A stretch of DNA of 64,000 nucleotides from Nitrospirales bacterium. Lineage in GTDB: Bacteria > Nitrospirota > Nitrospiria > Nitrospirales > UBA8639. Each line of letters starts with the position of its first letter. Position 1 is the first letter of the stretch. This document shows, piece by piece, positions 33,980 through 46,589 of the stretch. Below the pieces are notes generated by a model that saw nothing but the letters and a program-made list of their open reading frames with translations, did not search any database and had not been told where the DNA came from. The DNA is taken from NCBI GenBank assembly GCA_963422365.1, contig OY729426.1, positions 1,984,001 to 2,048,000 on the forward strand, given 5' to 3'. Position numbers and translations under genes: made by a program.

Positions 33980-34183
33980 GAGGATGATGGATACGTTTTT
34001 TCGTACTTCCCTTATCTGCCTTCAGGTAAGAGTAACGAAGTCGCAAGCGAAACGAAAGGGGAACGACGGGCAGGTCTTTAATAGACAAAACGACATGGAC
34101 AGGAATGGTCACGCCCCGCACCCTCGAGACATAATGTGTGACTCACACAAGACAGAGAGCGGACCTTTTTCTTCAGAATAAGG

Positions 34184-34561
34184 CTACGGAATAAGTTTGA
34201 CCAGTGCAACTGTGAGACCGGCCGTAAAGCCAATGATCGACACGGCCGCCGTCAGTACAAGGCGGTACATTTCGGCGCGCAATTCAGCAATATCGGCTTT
34301 GGTGGCGGCACGCAATTCAGCAATATCGGCTTTGGTGGCGGCGCGCAATTCAGCAATATCGGCTTTGGTGGCGGCATGCAATTCAGCAATATCGGCTTTG
34401 GTGGCGGCGCGCAATTCAGCAATATCAGCTTTGGTGGCAACGTTGCTGCCGATGGCGTCGCCCACAGTGGCAACCACAGCTTCGGCTTGCGGGTCTTCGA
34501 ACCCGGCTTCCTTGAGGGCCTTCACGGCCTTGTGTGTGTCGAATGCGAGCGTAGTCACCAT
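34184..34561 (-). CDS. DUF1640/CCDC90-like coiled-coil membrane protein with tandem repeats
   Basis: FDTHKAVKALKEAGFEDPQAEAVV, 5 x ATKADIAEL(R/H)A, C-terminal TM helix; start ATG 34561. Confidence 0.9.
   Translation of the reverse strand: MVTTLAFDTHKAVKALKEAGFEDPQAEAVVATVGDAIGSNVATKADIAELRAATKADIAELHAATKADIAELRAATKADIAELRAATKADIAELRAEMYRLVLTAAVSIIGFTAGLTVALVKLIP
34274..34438. repeat. In-frame 33-bp tandem repeat, 5 copies
   Basis: Unit GGCGCGCAATTCAGCAATATCGGCTTTGGTGGC with up to 2 substitutions per copy. Confidence 0.97.
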
Positions 34562-34955
34562 GTGTCGGATCGTACCACACGGCCATTCAGTGAACAAGGG
34601 AAGCAAGGCTGATAGCTGACGTTTGAGTCATCGGCGCTTTCATTTCGATACCCCGCCATCGGAAGGTATGTCGATAAGAACGCCGCAAGGGTCCTTTGGT
34701 CGATCCCTGTCTTCAGTCTCCGACTTGACGCCCGTGACAGGACGCGGCATCTTGATTAGGAACATCATGCGAACTGAGAACCGAGGACATTTGGACATTG
34801 TGACTTTATTGAGCGCTTTATGGTGACCTATCGTTACCGTGTGGCTCCTGTATTGATCGAACCCAACTACCTGAATCTAATACGTTCGTGAGGCAGCGGG
34901 TACTTACCCGCGTGAATTGTTCAGGCTAGATTAACAGGGAAGGCAACAGGAAAGA

Positions 34956-37900
34956 GTGCCAGGCCTCTTCGGCGACTACTTACAGGCCATTAAGGAGTTG
35001 GATTTCACCGAGGCCACGGAGCATACCTTGCGTGGGCCGTTGGAAAATTTGCTGCGTGCCATTGTCGCCCATGAGAATCCGACAATCACCGTTATCCACG
35101 AACCCAAGAAAGACAAAATGGGACTCGGCGCGCCTGATTTCAAATTCAAGCGGCATGAAGCGATTGTCGGTTACCTGGAAAACAAGAAAGTCGGCGAAGA
35201 TCTGGACGCCGTTCTGAAAACCGCTCAAATCGACAAATATAAAAAGCTTTCCGACAATGTCGTCCTCACCGACTATCTGGAATGGATATGGCTGAGAGAC
35301 AGCCACATCATCAAGCGCGAAAGCCTGTGTGACTCCAGCGATGCGGGCAACCGCAAGGCACGGCTCGACCCGGACAAGGCAGAAAAAGTAGCCAAGCTGA
35401 TTGCCGATTTCCTGTCCGTCCCGCCGCACAAGCTGGGCAATGCCAACACCTTATCCCGCGCTCTGGCTGTGCGCTGTCACGATCTGCGCGATTTTCTGTT
35501 GGCAGAGTTGGAGCGGCAAGAAAAGGAACATCAGGAAGGCCGGCTGTACGGGCTGTACGCGGTGTTCAAGAAAGAGGTGTTCCAGGAACTGGCGCTCAAG
35601 GAGTTTGCCGACGCCTTTGCCCAAACGCTTGGCTACGGCCTGTTCCTGGCCAAGCTCAACGCCGGGGAGCAGACCGCGGTGACGTTGTTGAACGCCAAGC
35701 GTCATATTCCAACCAATTTTGCATTGATCCGTGAGTTGGTGGACTTTCTGGACGAGCTGGAACGCGACGAGTACCGGGGCATCAGATGGCTGGTGGAAGA
35801 AATCCTCAGCATTCTGAACGCGCTCGACCTGACCGCCATTCACGAAGACCTCGCTTTTTCAAAGCGGCAAGGTAAACTGTCCCCGAACGAGGACGAGCGG
35901 CTGCTGTTCGCCACAGACCCGTATGTGTATTTTTACGAGGATTTCCTGAAAGCTTACGACCGGGAAACCCGCAAGGCGCGCGGCGTGTACTACACCCCGC
36001 CGCCGGTGGTGAACTTCATCGTCCGGGCCGTGAATGACATCCTCAAGGACACCTTCGGCATCCTCCACGGGCTGGCCGACCGCAGGCGCGTGACCGTGCT
36101 GGACTTCGCCACCGGCACGGGAACCTTCCTGCTGGAAGTGCTGCAACAGATATTCGAGACGGTATCCGAGGGCGTCCGGGCCCAGGTCGTGCAAGAGCAC
36201 GTGCTGAAAAACCTGTACGGCTTTGAGTATCTGATCGCGCCGTACACGGTCGCCCATCTGAAGCTGTCGCAATTCCTGCTTGATAAGGGCTACACCATGC
36301 AGCCCGGTGAGCGGCTGAACATCTACCTGACCAACACGCTGGAACCTATAGAACCGCAACGGAACTTGCTGCTACCGGCCCTGTCGCGGGAAGTAGAGGA
36401 AGCCCAGGCGATCAAAGACAAGCCCATCCTGGTGATTACCGGCAACCCGCCGTACTCCGGCCATTCCAGGAACACCGGCGTATGGATTACGGAGAAAATT
36501 GACGCCTACAAAACAGTGGACGGCAAGCCGCTGGGCGAAAAGAACCCCAAGTGGCTACAAGACGATTACGTGAAATTCATCCGCTTCGCCCAGTGGAAGA
36601 TGGAGCAGGTCGAGGAAGGCGTGGTCGGCATCATCACCAACCATTCCTTTTTGGACAATCCGACTTTTCGAGGTATGCGCCAATCCCTGATGCAGACCTT
36701 CAATCAGCTGTACGTGCTGGACCTGCACGGCAACGCCAAGAAGAAAGAAAAAACGCCGGAAGGCGGCAAAGACGAAAACGTGTTCGACATTGAGCAGGGC
36801 GTGGCGGTCTCTCTGCTGGTGAAAAAAAACGATCTGCCGCGGGCCGTGTATCACGCCGACCTGTGGGGAACACGCAAGGAAAAATATCAAGCGTTGCTTG
36901 AAGCTGCAAAGGAATCCGTTGAGTGGAAAGCATTGAATCCGTCCACGCCCTTCTATCTCTTCATTCCGCAGGATGAGGCATTGCGGGAGGAGTACGAGAA
37001 GGGCTGGCAGGTGACGGAGATTTTTCCGGTCAATTCCGTGGGTATTACCACCGCACGTGACCGCCTGACCATCCAGCCCACCGAAGCTGCAATCTGGAAA
37101 ACCGTTCAGGAATTTGCGGCTTTGCCGGTAGAGGAGGCGCGGCAGAAATACGAGTTAGGAAACGACGCACGAGACTGGAAAGTTGCATTCGCTCAGCAGG
37201 ACTTGGAGGACAGCGGGCTTTCGGAAGACCTTGTAGTTCCGATTGCCTACCGCCCGTTTGACACACGCTATACCTATTATACCAGCCATTCACGCGGGTT
37301 CCACTGTATGCCACGCGGGAAAGTCATGCACCATATGCTGGCCGGGGCAAATCTGGGAATTCATGCCTGTCGACAAATTGTCAGTGAAACATGGCAACAT
37401 TGCTTGCTTACGAATGGCATTACTGATGATTGTTACGTCTCCGACAAGACAAGAGAACGGGGATATCTCTTTCCCTTGTACCTCTACTCCCAACCGGACA
37501 AAGAGAAAAGACAAAAAGAAGCGTTCGAGGATGCTGACCCATTCCAAGGTCAAGAGCGCATTGAAAACTTCAGTCCTGAGTTCCGGGCGTTCGTAGACAC
37601 GCACTACACGCACCACTACAGCCCTGAAGACATCCTGGGCTACATCTACGCCGTGCTGCACAGCCCGAGTTATCGGGAGAAATATCAGAATTTTTTGAAG
37701 ATCGACTTCCCGCGTATTCCGTTCGTGAACCGACGCGAGACGTTCGAGGCGCTGTCAAAACTCGGCTGGGAGTTGGTGCAGGCGCATTTGCTGAAATCCA
37801 TCCCGCAAGAGTTAAAAGAGTTAAATGTGGAAGTCATCGCCGGCAACTTCAAAGTCGAAAAACCCGTCTACGATGCACAACACGAACGGCTGTATATTAA

Positions 37901-38102
37901 CAAGACGCAGTATTTTGTCCCCGTGCCGCAGGACGTGTGGGAATTCCACATCGGTGGCTACCAGGTGCTCGACAAATACCTCAAATCCCGCAAAGGCCGG
38001 ACGCTGTCGCTTGATGAAATCGAGACTATCCAGAACGTGGTCAGCGTCCTGCGCTTCACCATTGACCAGATGCGGCGGATTGACGCCTGCTGGAAACCAT
38101 AA
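34956..38102 (+). CDS. Single-chain type IIG / type ISP-like restriction-modification enzyme (N6-adenine MTase)
   Basis: N-terminal APDF...GYLENKK nuclease-like motif; GVYYTPPPVV, LDFATGTGTF, GNPPY; C-terminal YRPFD, YIYAVLHSPSYR, DFPRIP, IGGYQVLDKYLK. Confidence 0.92.
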   Translation: MPGLFGDYLQAIKELDFTEATEHTLRGPLENLLRAIVAHENPTITVIHEPKKDKMGLGAPDFKFKRHEAIVGYLENKKVGEDLDAVLKTAQIDKYKKLSDNVVLTDYLEWIWLRDSHIIKRESLCDSSDAGNRKARLDPDKAEKVAKLIADFLSVPPHKLGNANTLSRALAVRCHDLRDFLLAELERQEKEHQEGRLYGLYAVFKKEVFQELALKEFADAFAQTLGYGLFLAKLNAGEQTAVTLLNAKRHIPTNFALIRELVDFLDELERDEYRGIRWLVEEILSILNALDLTAIHEDLAFSKRQGKLSPNEDERLLFATDPYVYFYEDFLKAYDRETRKARGVYYTPPPVVNFIVRAVNDILKDTFGILHGLADRRRVTVLDFATGTGTFLLEVLQQIFETVSEGVRAQVVQEHVLKNLYGFEYLIAPYTVAHLKLSQFLLDKGYTMQPGERLNIYLTNTLEPIEPQRNLLLPALSREVEEAQAIKDKPILVITGNPPYSGHSRNTGVWITEKIDAYKTVDGKPLGEKNPKWLQDDYVKFIRFAQWKMEQVEEGVVGIITNHSFLDNPTFRGMRQSLMQTFNQLYVLDLHGNAKKKEKTPEGGKDENVFDIEQGVAVSLLVKKNDLPRAVYHADLWGTRKEKYQALLEAAKESVEWKALNPSTPFYLFIPQDEALREEYEKGWQVTEIFPVNSVGITTARDRLTIQPTEAAIWKTVQEFAALPVEEARQKYELGNDARDWKVAFAQQDLEDSGLSEDLVVPIAYRPFDTRYTYYTSHSRGFHCMPRGKVMHHMLAGANLGIHACRQIVSETWQHCLLTNGITDDCYVSDKTRERGYLFPLYLYSQPDKEKRQKEAFEDADPFQGQERIENFSPEFRAFVDTHYTHHYSPEDILGYIYAVLHSPSYREKYQNFLKIDFPRIPFVNRRETFEALSKLGWELVQAHLLKSIPQELKELNVEVIAGNFKVEKPVYDAQHERLYINKTQYFVPVPQDVWEFHIGGYQVLDKYLKSRKGRTLSLDEIETIQNVVSVLRFTIDQMRRIDACWKP

Positions 38103-38312
38103 CAGAAGATTCAAATCAGTGAAAAGCTTTCAATCAGCGACATTGCGAAGTATCTGAAGCAAATCTCAACCATCACGAACCCTGGGTTCCAGACGGCCTG
38201 ACCGATAGCGAACGACTCCCAATTCCTGGCTATCCGCCGATGACTAGACCGTAGGAAGCCGAATCCATCAAGTAAACTGAGATTATCGCATGTCTAACCT
38301 ATAAAGTCTGAC

Positions 38313-38530
38313 ATGCAACAATCCATTCCACGACACAGCCTTCTCGTCACGACCAGCGGGCTCTCCAAGGCAACGACGGTGGTCCTGCTGAGAGCCCCCC
38401 TGTCGGCAAGACGACCCTGACCGAACAGTGGTGGCCGCATGGCCGAGGCTATCCACGGCCTTCGACCAAGAAGTGGCTATTGAACGACGGCCAACGCCAT
38501 GAAAACCATCACTCTGACCACCTTTGAGAC
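38313..38530 (+). pseudogene. Remnant of AAA_14/DUF4143-type ATP-binding protein
   Basis: Fragments MQQSIPRH...VVLL, Walker A tail VGKTTL and FDQE in shifting frames. Confidence 0.45.
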
Positions 38531-38602
38531 TCACGGACGGAACTTCTGATGCCCTTGTCCTTTCTGATCCGGTTTCCTTAGAATAATCGAAGGTTTAAAC
38601 TC

Positions 38603-39826
38603 ATGACCCAAGATGAAGCCCGTTCCTATCTCAACTATCTCCTCACGTTAAGTCTCCGCCGTGAAGAAGCGTTTGGCCCCCTGGCCATAATGTTTCTTCG
38701 CGAACAAGACTTGCCGGCCCTAGGCATTTCTCCGGAAGAACAGTTTAGTTTAATCATTGCGACAACTCAGGCCTTTGCCGCGGAACCCAAACGCTATTCT
38801 CTTAAATTGGAATTACTGCAAAAGGCTCGTCAGCTTCTCTCGACGACACGGTTCTTTGACCCTGAGTTAGCCAAAGAATTGGATCATGATATTCAGAAAA
38901 CCGGCGCCGAGTTGAACATCTACACCGAGGCCATGAAATCATCTCGGAATGCGTCTCTCGACCGTCACGCGTTGATTGTCGAGACAGACCTCCCTGAATA
39001 TTTCTTGGTTCTGGCGCAAAAACGGGCGAGCGCCTATTACCAAAACAAGTACCGACTGACAAAGGAAGCCAAAACCTCTCAACATTTTGGGGGGGCGCCC
39101 AAGCGATTCGAACCGGACAATGAGACCTTGCATAAAGAATTCCCCGGTGCGTGTGCTCCCTTCATGGCCGTGCGGTCGAATGGGTTTCATATGATGCTCC
39201 CCTTCGACCTAAAAATCAGCCGTCGCCCTGATGATCCGCTCGAAGCCGGTATCCGAATTTTTTATGCCAAAATGGGGTACTCGTATCCTCTCCGGTATGA
39301 GATGGGAAAGCTGTGCAGTTACCATAATGGACAGGTCTATGACATTGCATTGGATGACCCCCATTTATTGTTCGTGTCCGTATCCGGCGTTAAAGATTCC
39401 GAGTTTCCCACCCTGTCCGTTCCTGCTTCCGGGGACGTGCCTCCGGAATATGCTTACCCACTCGCCGTACTTGAACATACCGGAAGTCTCGGGCCGTTTA
39501 TTCAGGTGAGTTGCAATTTTAAAATCTGGTTTGATGCCTCCAATGTTTCCATTTTGATACAAGGCGCCCCGGATTTGTACGAATATGGGCTTCAAGGAGG
39601 GGCAGGGCTGATGACCCGTTCATATGCATCGGACAAAGTTCAGACCTATGCGGAAGCCCAATCTCAACCCTGGCAGGAAGGGCTGAGTTTTAATTTTGTC
39701 AATTTACATTTGACCTTAAGCCCAGGAACAGAAACGGGCCTTATTCCGCATAGTACGCCGGTCTTTACGGTTTTTCCCGTTCTGAGTAAGCAAAGCTACA
39801 AGTTCGAACCGTTTCCTTCTCAATAG
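38603..39826 (+). CDS. Hypothetical protein (407 aa)
   Basis: Intact ORF; helical N-terminus; GACAPFMAVRSNGFHMMLPFDLKI loosely like DUF6065-type motifs. Confidence 0.8.
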   Translation: MTQDEARSYLNYLLTLSLRREEAFGPLAIMFLREQDLPALGISPEEQFSLIIATTQAFAAEPKRYSLKLELLQKARQLLSTTRFFDPELAKELDHDIQKTGAELNIYTEAMKSSRNASLDRHALIVETDLPEYFLVLAQKRASAYYQNKYRLTKEAKTSQHFGGAPKRFEPDNETLHKEFPGACAPFMAVRSNGFHMMLPFDLKISRRPDDPLEAGIRIFYAKMGYSYPLRYEMGKLCSYHNGQVYDIALDDPHLLFVSVSGVKDSEFPTLSVPASGDVPPEYAYPLAVLEHTGSLGPFIQVSCNFKIWFDASNVSILIQGAPDLYEYGLQGGAGLMTRSYASDKVQTYAEAQSQPWQEGLSFNFVNLHLTLSPGTETGLIPHSTPVFTVFPVLSKQSYKFEPFPSQ

Positions 39827-40141
39827 AGGCGGCATCTGAACGGCACACTTTTTTACGACAAAGGGATCAGACTGAACACTCAAGTTGATTCTCTAGATTC
39901 TTATCAACAATCTGAGAATCCAGTTGATACGGGATGAAATCCTGTGCTAGGCTCATAACCATCAATGGATGACGACGGTCCCAGACGACATTTTCGTCAC
40001 CAGTGTAAGGATTTTTTCCTACCCTTCGCGTTCTTCTTCGACTGTTTCCCAATACATGGCTCCCTCAAATCAAAGAGCTTGATTTCTCTGAAATTTTTCC
40101 CCTCCTGCCTATGATGCGGATTTCGCTCTAATCTGACTCCT

Positions 40142-41413
40142 ATGGAATTTATTGCTATTCTGATCTGTTTGCTACTCTCTGCGTTGTTTTCAGGAGCGGA
40201 AATTGCGTTTTTCTCCACTCCTGAAAGCCGGTTGCAAACCATGAAAGATGAAGGGAAGCAGTCGGCGGAACGGGCGCTGTCTCTCAGACAAAACCCTCAA
40301 CGCCTGCTTGCGACCATTTTGATTGGGAATAACGTCGTCAATCTGACGGCGGCGGCATTAGTTTCCTTAGTCGCTTTTCAATCTTTTGGATCTAAAGGGG
40401 TTGCGATTGCGACCGGAATCCTGACAATTTTTGTGCTGCTCTTTGGGGAAATTGTTCCAAAAACACTGTGCGTCAACCACGCGTCCTCGGCTGTCCAGAT
40501 CCTTTCTCATCCCGTCTATTGGGCGGAAAAGCTTTTCTCTCCCATTCTCTACCTATTGGAGCCTCTGATTTTGAAATTGACAGGCGGACGGGGTTTGAAC
40601 GTTCATTTTGCGACGGAAGAAGAGCTTATGATCATGCTGGAGGCTGGCGGCCAAGCCGGTGTGCTTGAGACTGAAGAAGTCAAGATGATCAAAAATGTCT
40701 TTGAGTTCACTGATCTCACGGCGGAAGATGTGATGACACCACGAATCTATATGTTTGGCATGGATGGCAATCTCTCCTTAGAGGAAGCCAAAGAAGAATT
40801 ATTTAAAGTCACCTATTCACGAATCCCCGTCTATGATAAAAACCTCGATAATGTGACGGGGATCCTCTATCGTAATCATGCCTTGCGTGAACTGGCCCAG
40901 GGGAATCACACACGCACATTACAGGAATTGGCCCGTCCGCCCCTTTTTATTCCAGAAGCCAAACAGGCAGATGATTTACTGAAACAATTCCAGCAAGAGA
41001 AACGACATATTGCGGTAGTCGTAAACGAATTTGGCGGGGTCATGGGATTAGTCACCACAGAAGATCTTTTGGAAGAAGTCGTGGGGGAAATTTTAGACGA
41101 GACAGATATTACCGAGGAGCTGATCAAACGGATTGGGAAAAATCAAATTTTGGTCAGTGGGCGAACTGAAATTCGGAAAATCAATGAATTCCTGAAAGTT
41201 GAATTAGATGAAGAAGAACAAAATACCATCAGCGGCTTCATTCAGCAGCAACTGGGCCATATTCCTTCGGTCAGCGAAGAACTACGAATCGACGGCTGTT
41301 TGCTGATCGTGCGGGATGCCAATGAAAAATCCATTAAGAGCGTCCAGATCCACAAAATGGAAGACGGGCCTCCTGAAAAAACTGAACCCTCCGCGCCAGC
41401 CCCTTCCGAATAA
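40142..41413 (+). CDS. CNNM/hemolysin family protein (DUF21-CBS-CorC)
   Basis: SALFSGAEIA, ILIGNNVVN, FGEIVPK, VMTPR, YSRIPVY, EFGGVMGLVTTEDLLEEVVGEI. Confidence 0.95.
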   Translation: MEFIAILICLLLSALFSGAEIAFFSTPESRLQTMKDEGKQSAERALSLRQNPQRLLATILIGNNVVNLTAAALVSLVAFQSFGSKGVAIATGILTIFVLLFGEIVPKTLCVNHASSAVQILSHPVYWAEKLFSPILYLLEPLILKLTGGRGLNVHFATEEELMIMLEAGGQAGVLETEEVKMIKNVFEFTDLTAEDVMTPRIYMFGMDGNLSLEEAKEELFKVTYSRIPVYDKNLDNVTGILYRNHALRELAQGNHTRTLQELARPPLFIPEAKQADDLLKQFQQEKRHIAVVVNEFGGVMGLVTTEDLLEEVVGEILDETDITEELIKRIGKNQILVSGRTEIRKINEFLKVELDEEEQNTISGFIQQQLGHIPSVSEELRIDGCLLIVRDANEKSIKSVQIHKMEDGPPEKTEPSAPAPSE

Positions 41414-41435
41414 CATCACCGGTTTCGTCTTTCCC

Positions 41436-43502
<2,067 letters not shown>

Positions 43503-43514
43503 CTAAACTTGCAC

Positions 43515-45404
43515 CTATCCTTGAATGAATTGACTGGCAAAACTTCGGATTTCGTGCCCATTCAGCACATGAAATCGTCGTAAGCGAGCAACCGTTTGCC
43601 CTGAAAACCGTGACAAGGAAACTGAAATGAGTTTGCGTTTGAACCTGTTAGCAATGTATTTCCACCGAGCCAAGGGCGGGATGGGACTCACAAGCGTGAT
43701 ATGCTTTTCCGAGGAATGGAGGGAAGCTCCGGCTATCAGTCGCTCCTCCAAGGTTTGTGAAAAATCGAGCCGGGGATCTTCCCAAATATCCGGAATCGGT
43801 CGAGGTGGAAATTGGAACAGCGTTCCCCCATATTGTGCCTGGCCGATACCTGGTCCGACCATGTTTTCTAAAAACGGGGTGGCATAAAAACAGAGCGTGG
43901 ATTCTTCTGAATGTTCCGCATACCATGTGGCCTGCCACGAAAATTTGGCGGGGTCCGCAGGCACTTCAAATATGAAAACCACAATTTCCACAGTGCCGCG
44001 GGACGGCGGAATTTCCTTCACATAAATGTCTGGCAACTTCTGCTGTGGATTCCAATACCGCAAGGTTTCCCGCATATCAACGCCATCACGAATCGAAGTC
44101 GTAAATTTGTCGACACGGGCAAGATCCTCCCCCAGTAACGCCTTACTTTGTTCACGGACATGGGCCGTCAACCCTTCAATGCGATGGTCTTCCGGTGGCC
44201 AAGAGCATTGCCCTAAAGGATTCCAACGATAGGCCCATTGCTGTCGTTTGCGTGGGTCCTGTCGAGGCTTGAGCGACAACGTTCTCCACAAGACACGCGT
44301 GCTGCCTAACCGATTTTTCGCTCTAGAGACGCGGCCTTCTGGAGATTTGAGTAGGCCAAGGCCTACGGAATACGGTGGAAACGACACGCGCAATGATTCG
44401 TCCGGTTCATACCGATAACGTTTTGCTGTTTCGAGTAGGGTCACGGCAAAATCATCTCCGGCAAATTGTTTGGCCGCAAGAGCCAAGGTATAAAGATCCG
44501 GCGTCAGTCGATGTTCTCCCAATGCAAGGTTCCGAACATAGCGCAAATACATCTGGAGTAACTGAGGCGTTACCCAATTGGCTTCTTGCTGTAAATGGGG
44601 CGGTCGGGTGGCCAACCATCGCATTCGGGTCTCAAGAAGCAGTTCCTTGATCCCATCGATAGATAAATGGGCGTCGGAACGAGCTTCGGCTCGCCTCCGC
44701 TCGAAGAGTTCTGTCAGAAAAGGAAACTCACAGAGAAGAAAATACAACGTGCGGGGTTCTACAGGATGGAGCGTCGGACGTCCTGCCAGGGGTTCGGGAA
44801 CCTCATAAGGCCAACGATTCTGGTACGCATCACGTAGCCAAGGCCAGTCTTCAACGGAACAGACACACAGAATCGAACGATAGTCTAACTCAAGCTCATG
44901 CAGTTTAAAGGCCATCCATTTAATACGCGACCAGCGTTGGCTTTGCGGTTTCGGATACGGGAGAAAGGGCAGTGCGGCACCGGAAAAGGAGGCAAGAGAG
45001 ACACGTTTTAACGCATACGGATCGGGAGCAGGATATTCGGTTGGTTCATACATCATCACATCTCGATCAATGTAGGCCCGATCAATCCCCTCCTCCAAGG
45101 CCATCCGAATCGTAGCAATGACGGGTTGGCAAGGGTCGAGAGGAATATAACTGTGTTCAGAATGTTCGTTGCGATCCGGTTCCGGCATCACCACAAGGCT
45201 GATGACAGGCAGCCGTCTGATGCCCTCCTCAACGAGGTTCTCAACGGAAGCCGGCAAAGGCAGACTGACACAAGCAAACCGATGAGTCAGCCACAGATCT
45301 CGAATGGTCTGGGCAACATCGGCACTGCCGTGACGAATTGGAACAACGTGAAGGCGAGGAGAAAGCCGGAAAACCGCATTGTCCTGTTGCGACAAAGGAC
45401 TCAT
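43515..45404 (-). CDS. MoxR-associated hypothetical protein (YehM/DUF5682-like N-terminus)
   Basis: HVVPIRHGSA...; later TTSIRDGVDMRETLR motif; 6 bp downstream of the MoxR gene. Confidence 0.75.
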   Translation of the reverse strand: MSPLSQQDNAVFRLSPRLHVVPIRHGSADVAQTIRDLWLTHRFACVSLPLPASVENLVEEGIRRLPVISLVVMPEPDRNEHSEHSYIPLDPCQPVIATIRMALEEGIDRAYIDRDVMMYEPTEYPAPDPYALKRVSLASFSGAALPFLPYPKPQSQRWSRIKWMAFKLHELELDYRSILCVCSVEDWPWLRDAYQNRWPYEVPEPLAGRPTLHPVEPRTLYFLLCEFPFLTELFERRRAEARSDAHLSIDGIKELLLETRMRWLATRPPHLQQEANWVTPQLLQMYLRYVRNLALGEHRLTPDLYTLALAAKQFAGDDFAVTLLETAKRYRYEPDESLRVSFPPYSVGLGLLKSPEGRVSRAKNRLGSTRVLWRTLSLKPRQDPRKRQQWAYRWNPLGQCSWPPEDHRIEGLTAHVREQSKALLGEDLARVDKFTTSIRDGVDMRETLRYWNPQQKLPDIYVKEIPPSRGTVEIVVFIFEVPADPAKFSWQATWYAEHSEESTLCFYATPFLENMVGPGIGQAQYGGTLFQFPPRPIPDIWEDPRLDFSQTLEERLIAGASLHSSEKHITLVSPIPPLARWKYIANRFKRKLISVSLSRFSGQTVARLRRFHVLNGHEIRSFASQFIQG

Positions 45405-45410
45405 GAATGA

Positions 45411-46373
45411 TTATTTATCGGGATGGAGTGGATCATCAGGTTGAAAAAAGAAATCACCCAATCCTCTGGGGAACGCTTGCTCGCCGATGGCTCGTTTTCG
45501 CTGTTGAGCAAGCCCCTCTAAATCCAGCGCGTCTTCACCAAGAACTTTGATGAGTGCCTCGCGCCAAACCTCATCACGAGACAAGGGATGTGAGGGATCC
45601 TGCGCTAAGCGTTTGAGCGCATATTGCACCACATGAATCCCATCTCTGACTGAAAACCCGAGATCGAGTTGATGCGCCTTTTGCAAAAACTCCACGGTTA
45701 TGGCCAGAATTTCTTGTGGAGAAAAAGGCACATGATAGTGAAGGATAGCCAACTCATGCTCACGGGCCGGAAACTCGAGTTTCAAACGAGGTTGCAATCG
45801 CGAAAGAATATAATCCGGGACTTCATAGGTAGAGGCATCTTCATTCATGGTCACACAACAACGGAAGTCTGGATGGGCTTTGACTTGAATACCGGCCACA
45901 ACGGATTCTATCGAGCGCCGGTGGTCGAGCAAGGGCGCGAGGGAAGCCCAACTTTTTTCATTCATCCGATTGCCTTCATCCAACAAACAGACTCCACCGG
46001 TCACCATCGCGGTGACTAACGGAGACGTTTGGTACTGAATCGTGTTCCCTTCGGCAATCACCGGAGTAATCAAGAGATCCTCAGGTCTCGTATCGGCCGT
46101 ACATTGATAAATATATAAATCCTGTTTCCGCTCCCGTGCGGCGGACATGGCCAAGGTCGTCTTTCCAATGCCCGGCTGGCCAAGGACTCGCGGACAAAGC
46201 GGAAGATCTTTTTCATCAAGAACGAGCCAGCACGCAAGGAGTTGTTGAAGAATTTCACGATCACCGATCCACTCTTGCTGTGACGTATCGGGCTGGGCCA
46301 GACGTAAGAAAAGCCCGTCGACCGCCATCATTCTATGCTGCTCAGGACGTTGTTTGGATTTGTGAGACATCAT
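45411..46373 (-). CDS. MoxR-family AAA+ ATPase
   Basis: [46 protein letters not shown]. Confidence 0.9.
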   Translation of the reverse strand: MMSHKSKQRPEQHRMMAVDGLFLRLAQPDTSQQEWIGDREILQQLLACWLVLDEKDLPLCPRVLGQPGIGKTTLAMSAARERKQDLYIYQCTADTRPEDLLITPVIAEGNTIQYQTSPLVTAMVTGGVCLLDEGNRMNEKSWASLAPLLDHRRSIESVVAGIQVKAHPDFRCCVTMNEDASTYEVPDYILSRLQPRLKLEFPAREHELAILHYHVPFSPQEILAITVEFLQKAHQLDLGFSVRDGIHVVQYALKRLAQDPSHPLSRDEVWREALIKVLGEDALDLEGLAQQRKRAIGEQAFPRGLGDFFFQPDDPLHPDK

Positions 46374-46428
46374 GCACCGTTTTTTACAAAACCTACGTTT
46401 ACGACACAAACAAAAGCTAACATAGGCG

Positions 46429-46456
46429 TTCTAGAGGGTCAATGAACCCCCTAGAA
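46429..46456. promoter_or_regulatory. Inverted repeat in a divergent promoter region
   Basis: TTCTAGAGGGT-caatga-ACCCCCTAGAA, 10/11 palindromic. Confidence 0.45.
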
Positions 46457-46589
46457 TGTCCTCTGACATCCCGTGGTGTCGGCATTTGACATTCCAGAGT
46501 ATCTCTATCTATTCTTACCTGCCAAGCCATTCATGAGGATCTATCAATTCCCATCCCTAACCAACACCGACAATTCGCAAGAGAGTCTG

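Noticed and set aside
34274..34438. 33-bp repeats as a CRISPR array
   Set aside because: No spacers; the units are contiguous and in frame within a protein; no cas genes
34197..34619. Antisense and alternate-frame repeat ORFs over the DUF1640 gene
   Set aside because: Shadows of the stop-free 33-bp repeat
34620..34770. XRE-like HTH fragment (RLKTGIDQRTLAA) on the minus strand
   Set aside because: Too short, with no clear start; cannot be supported without a search
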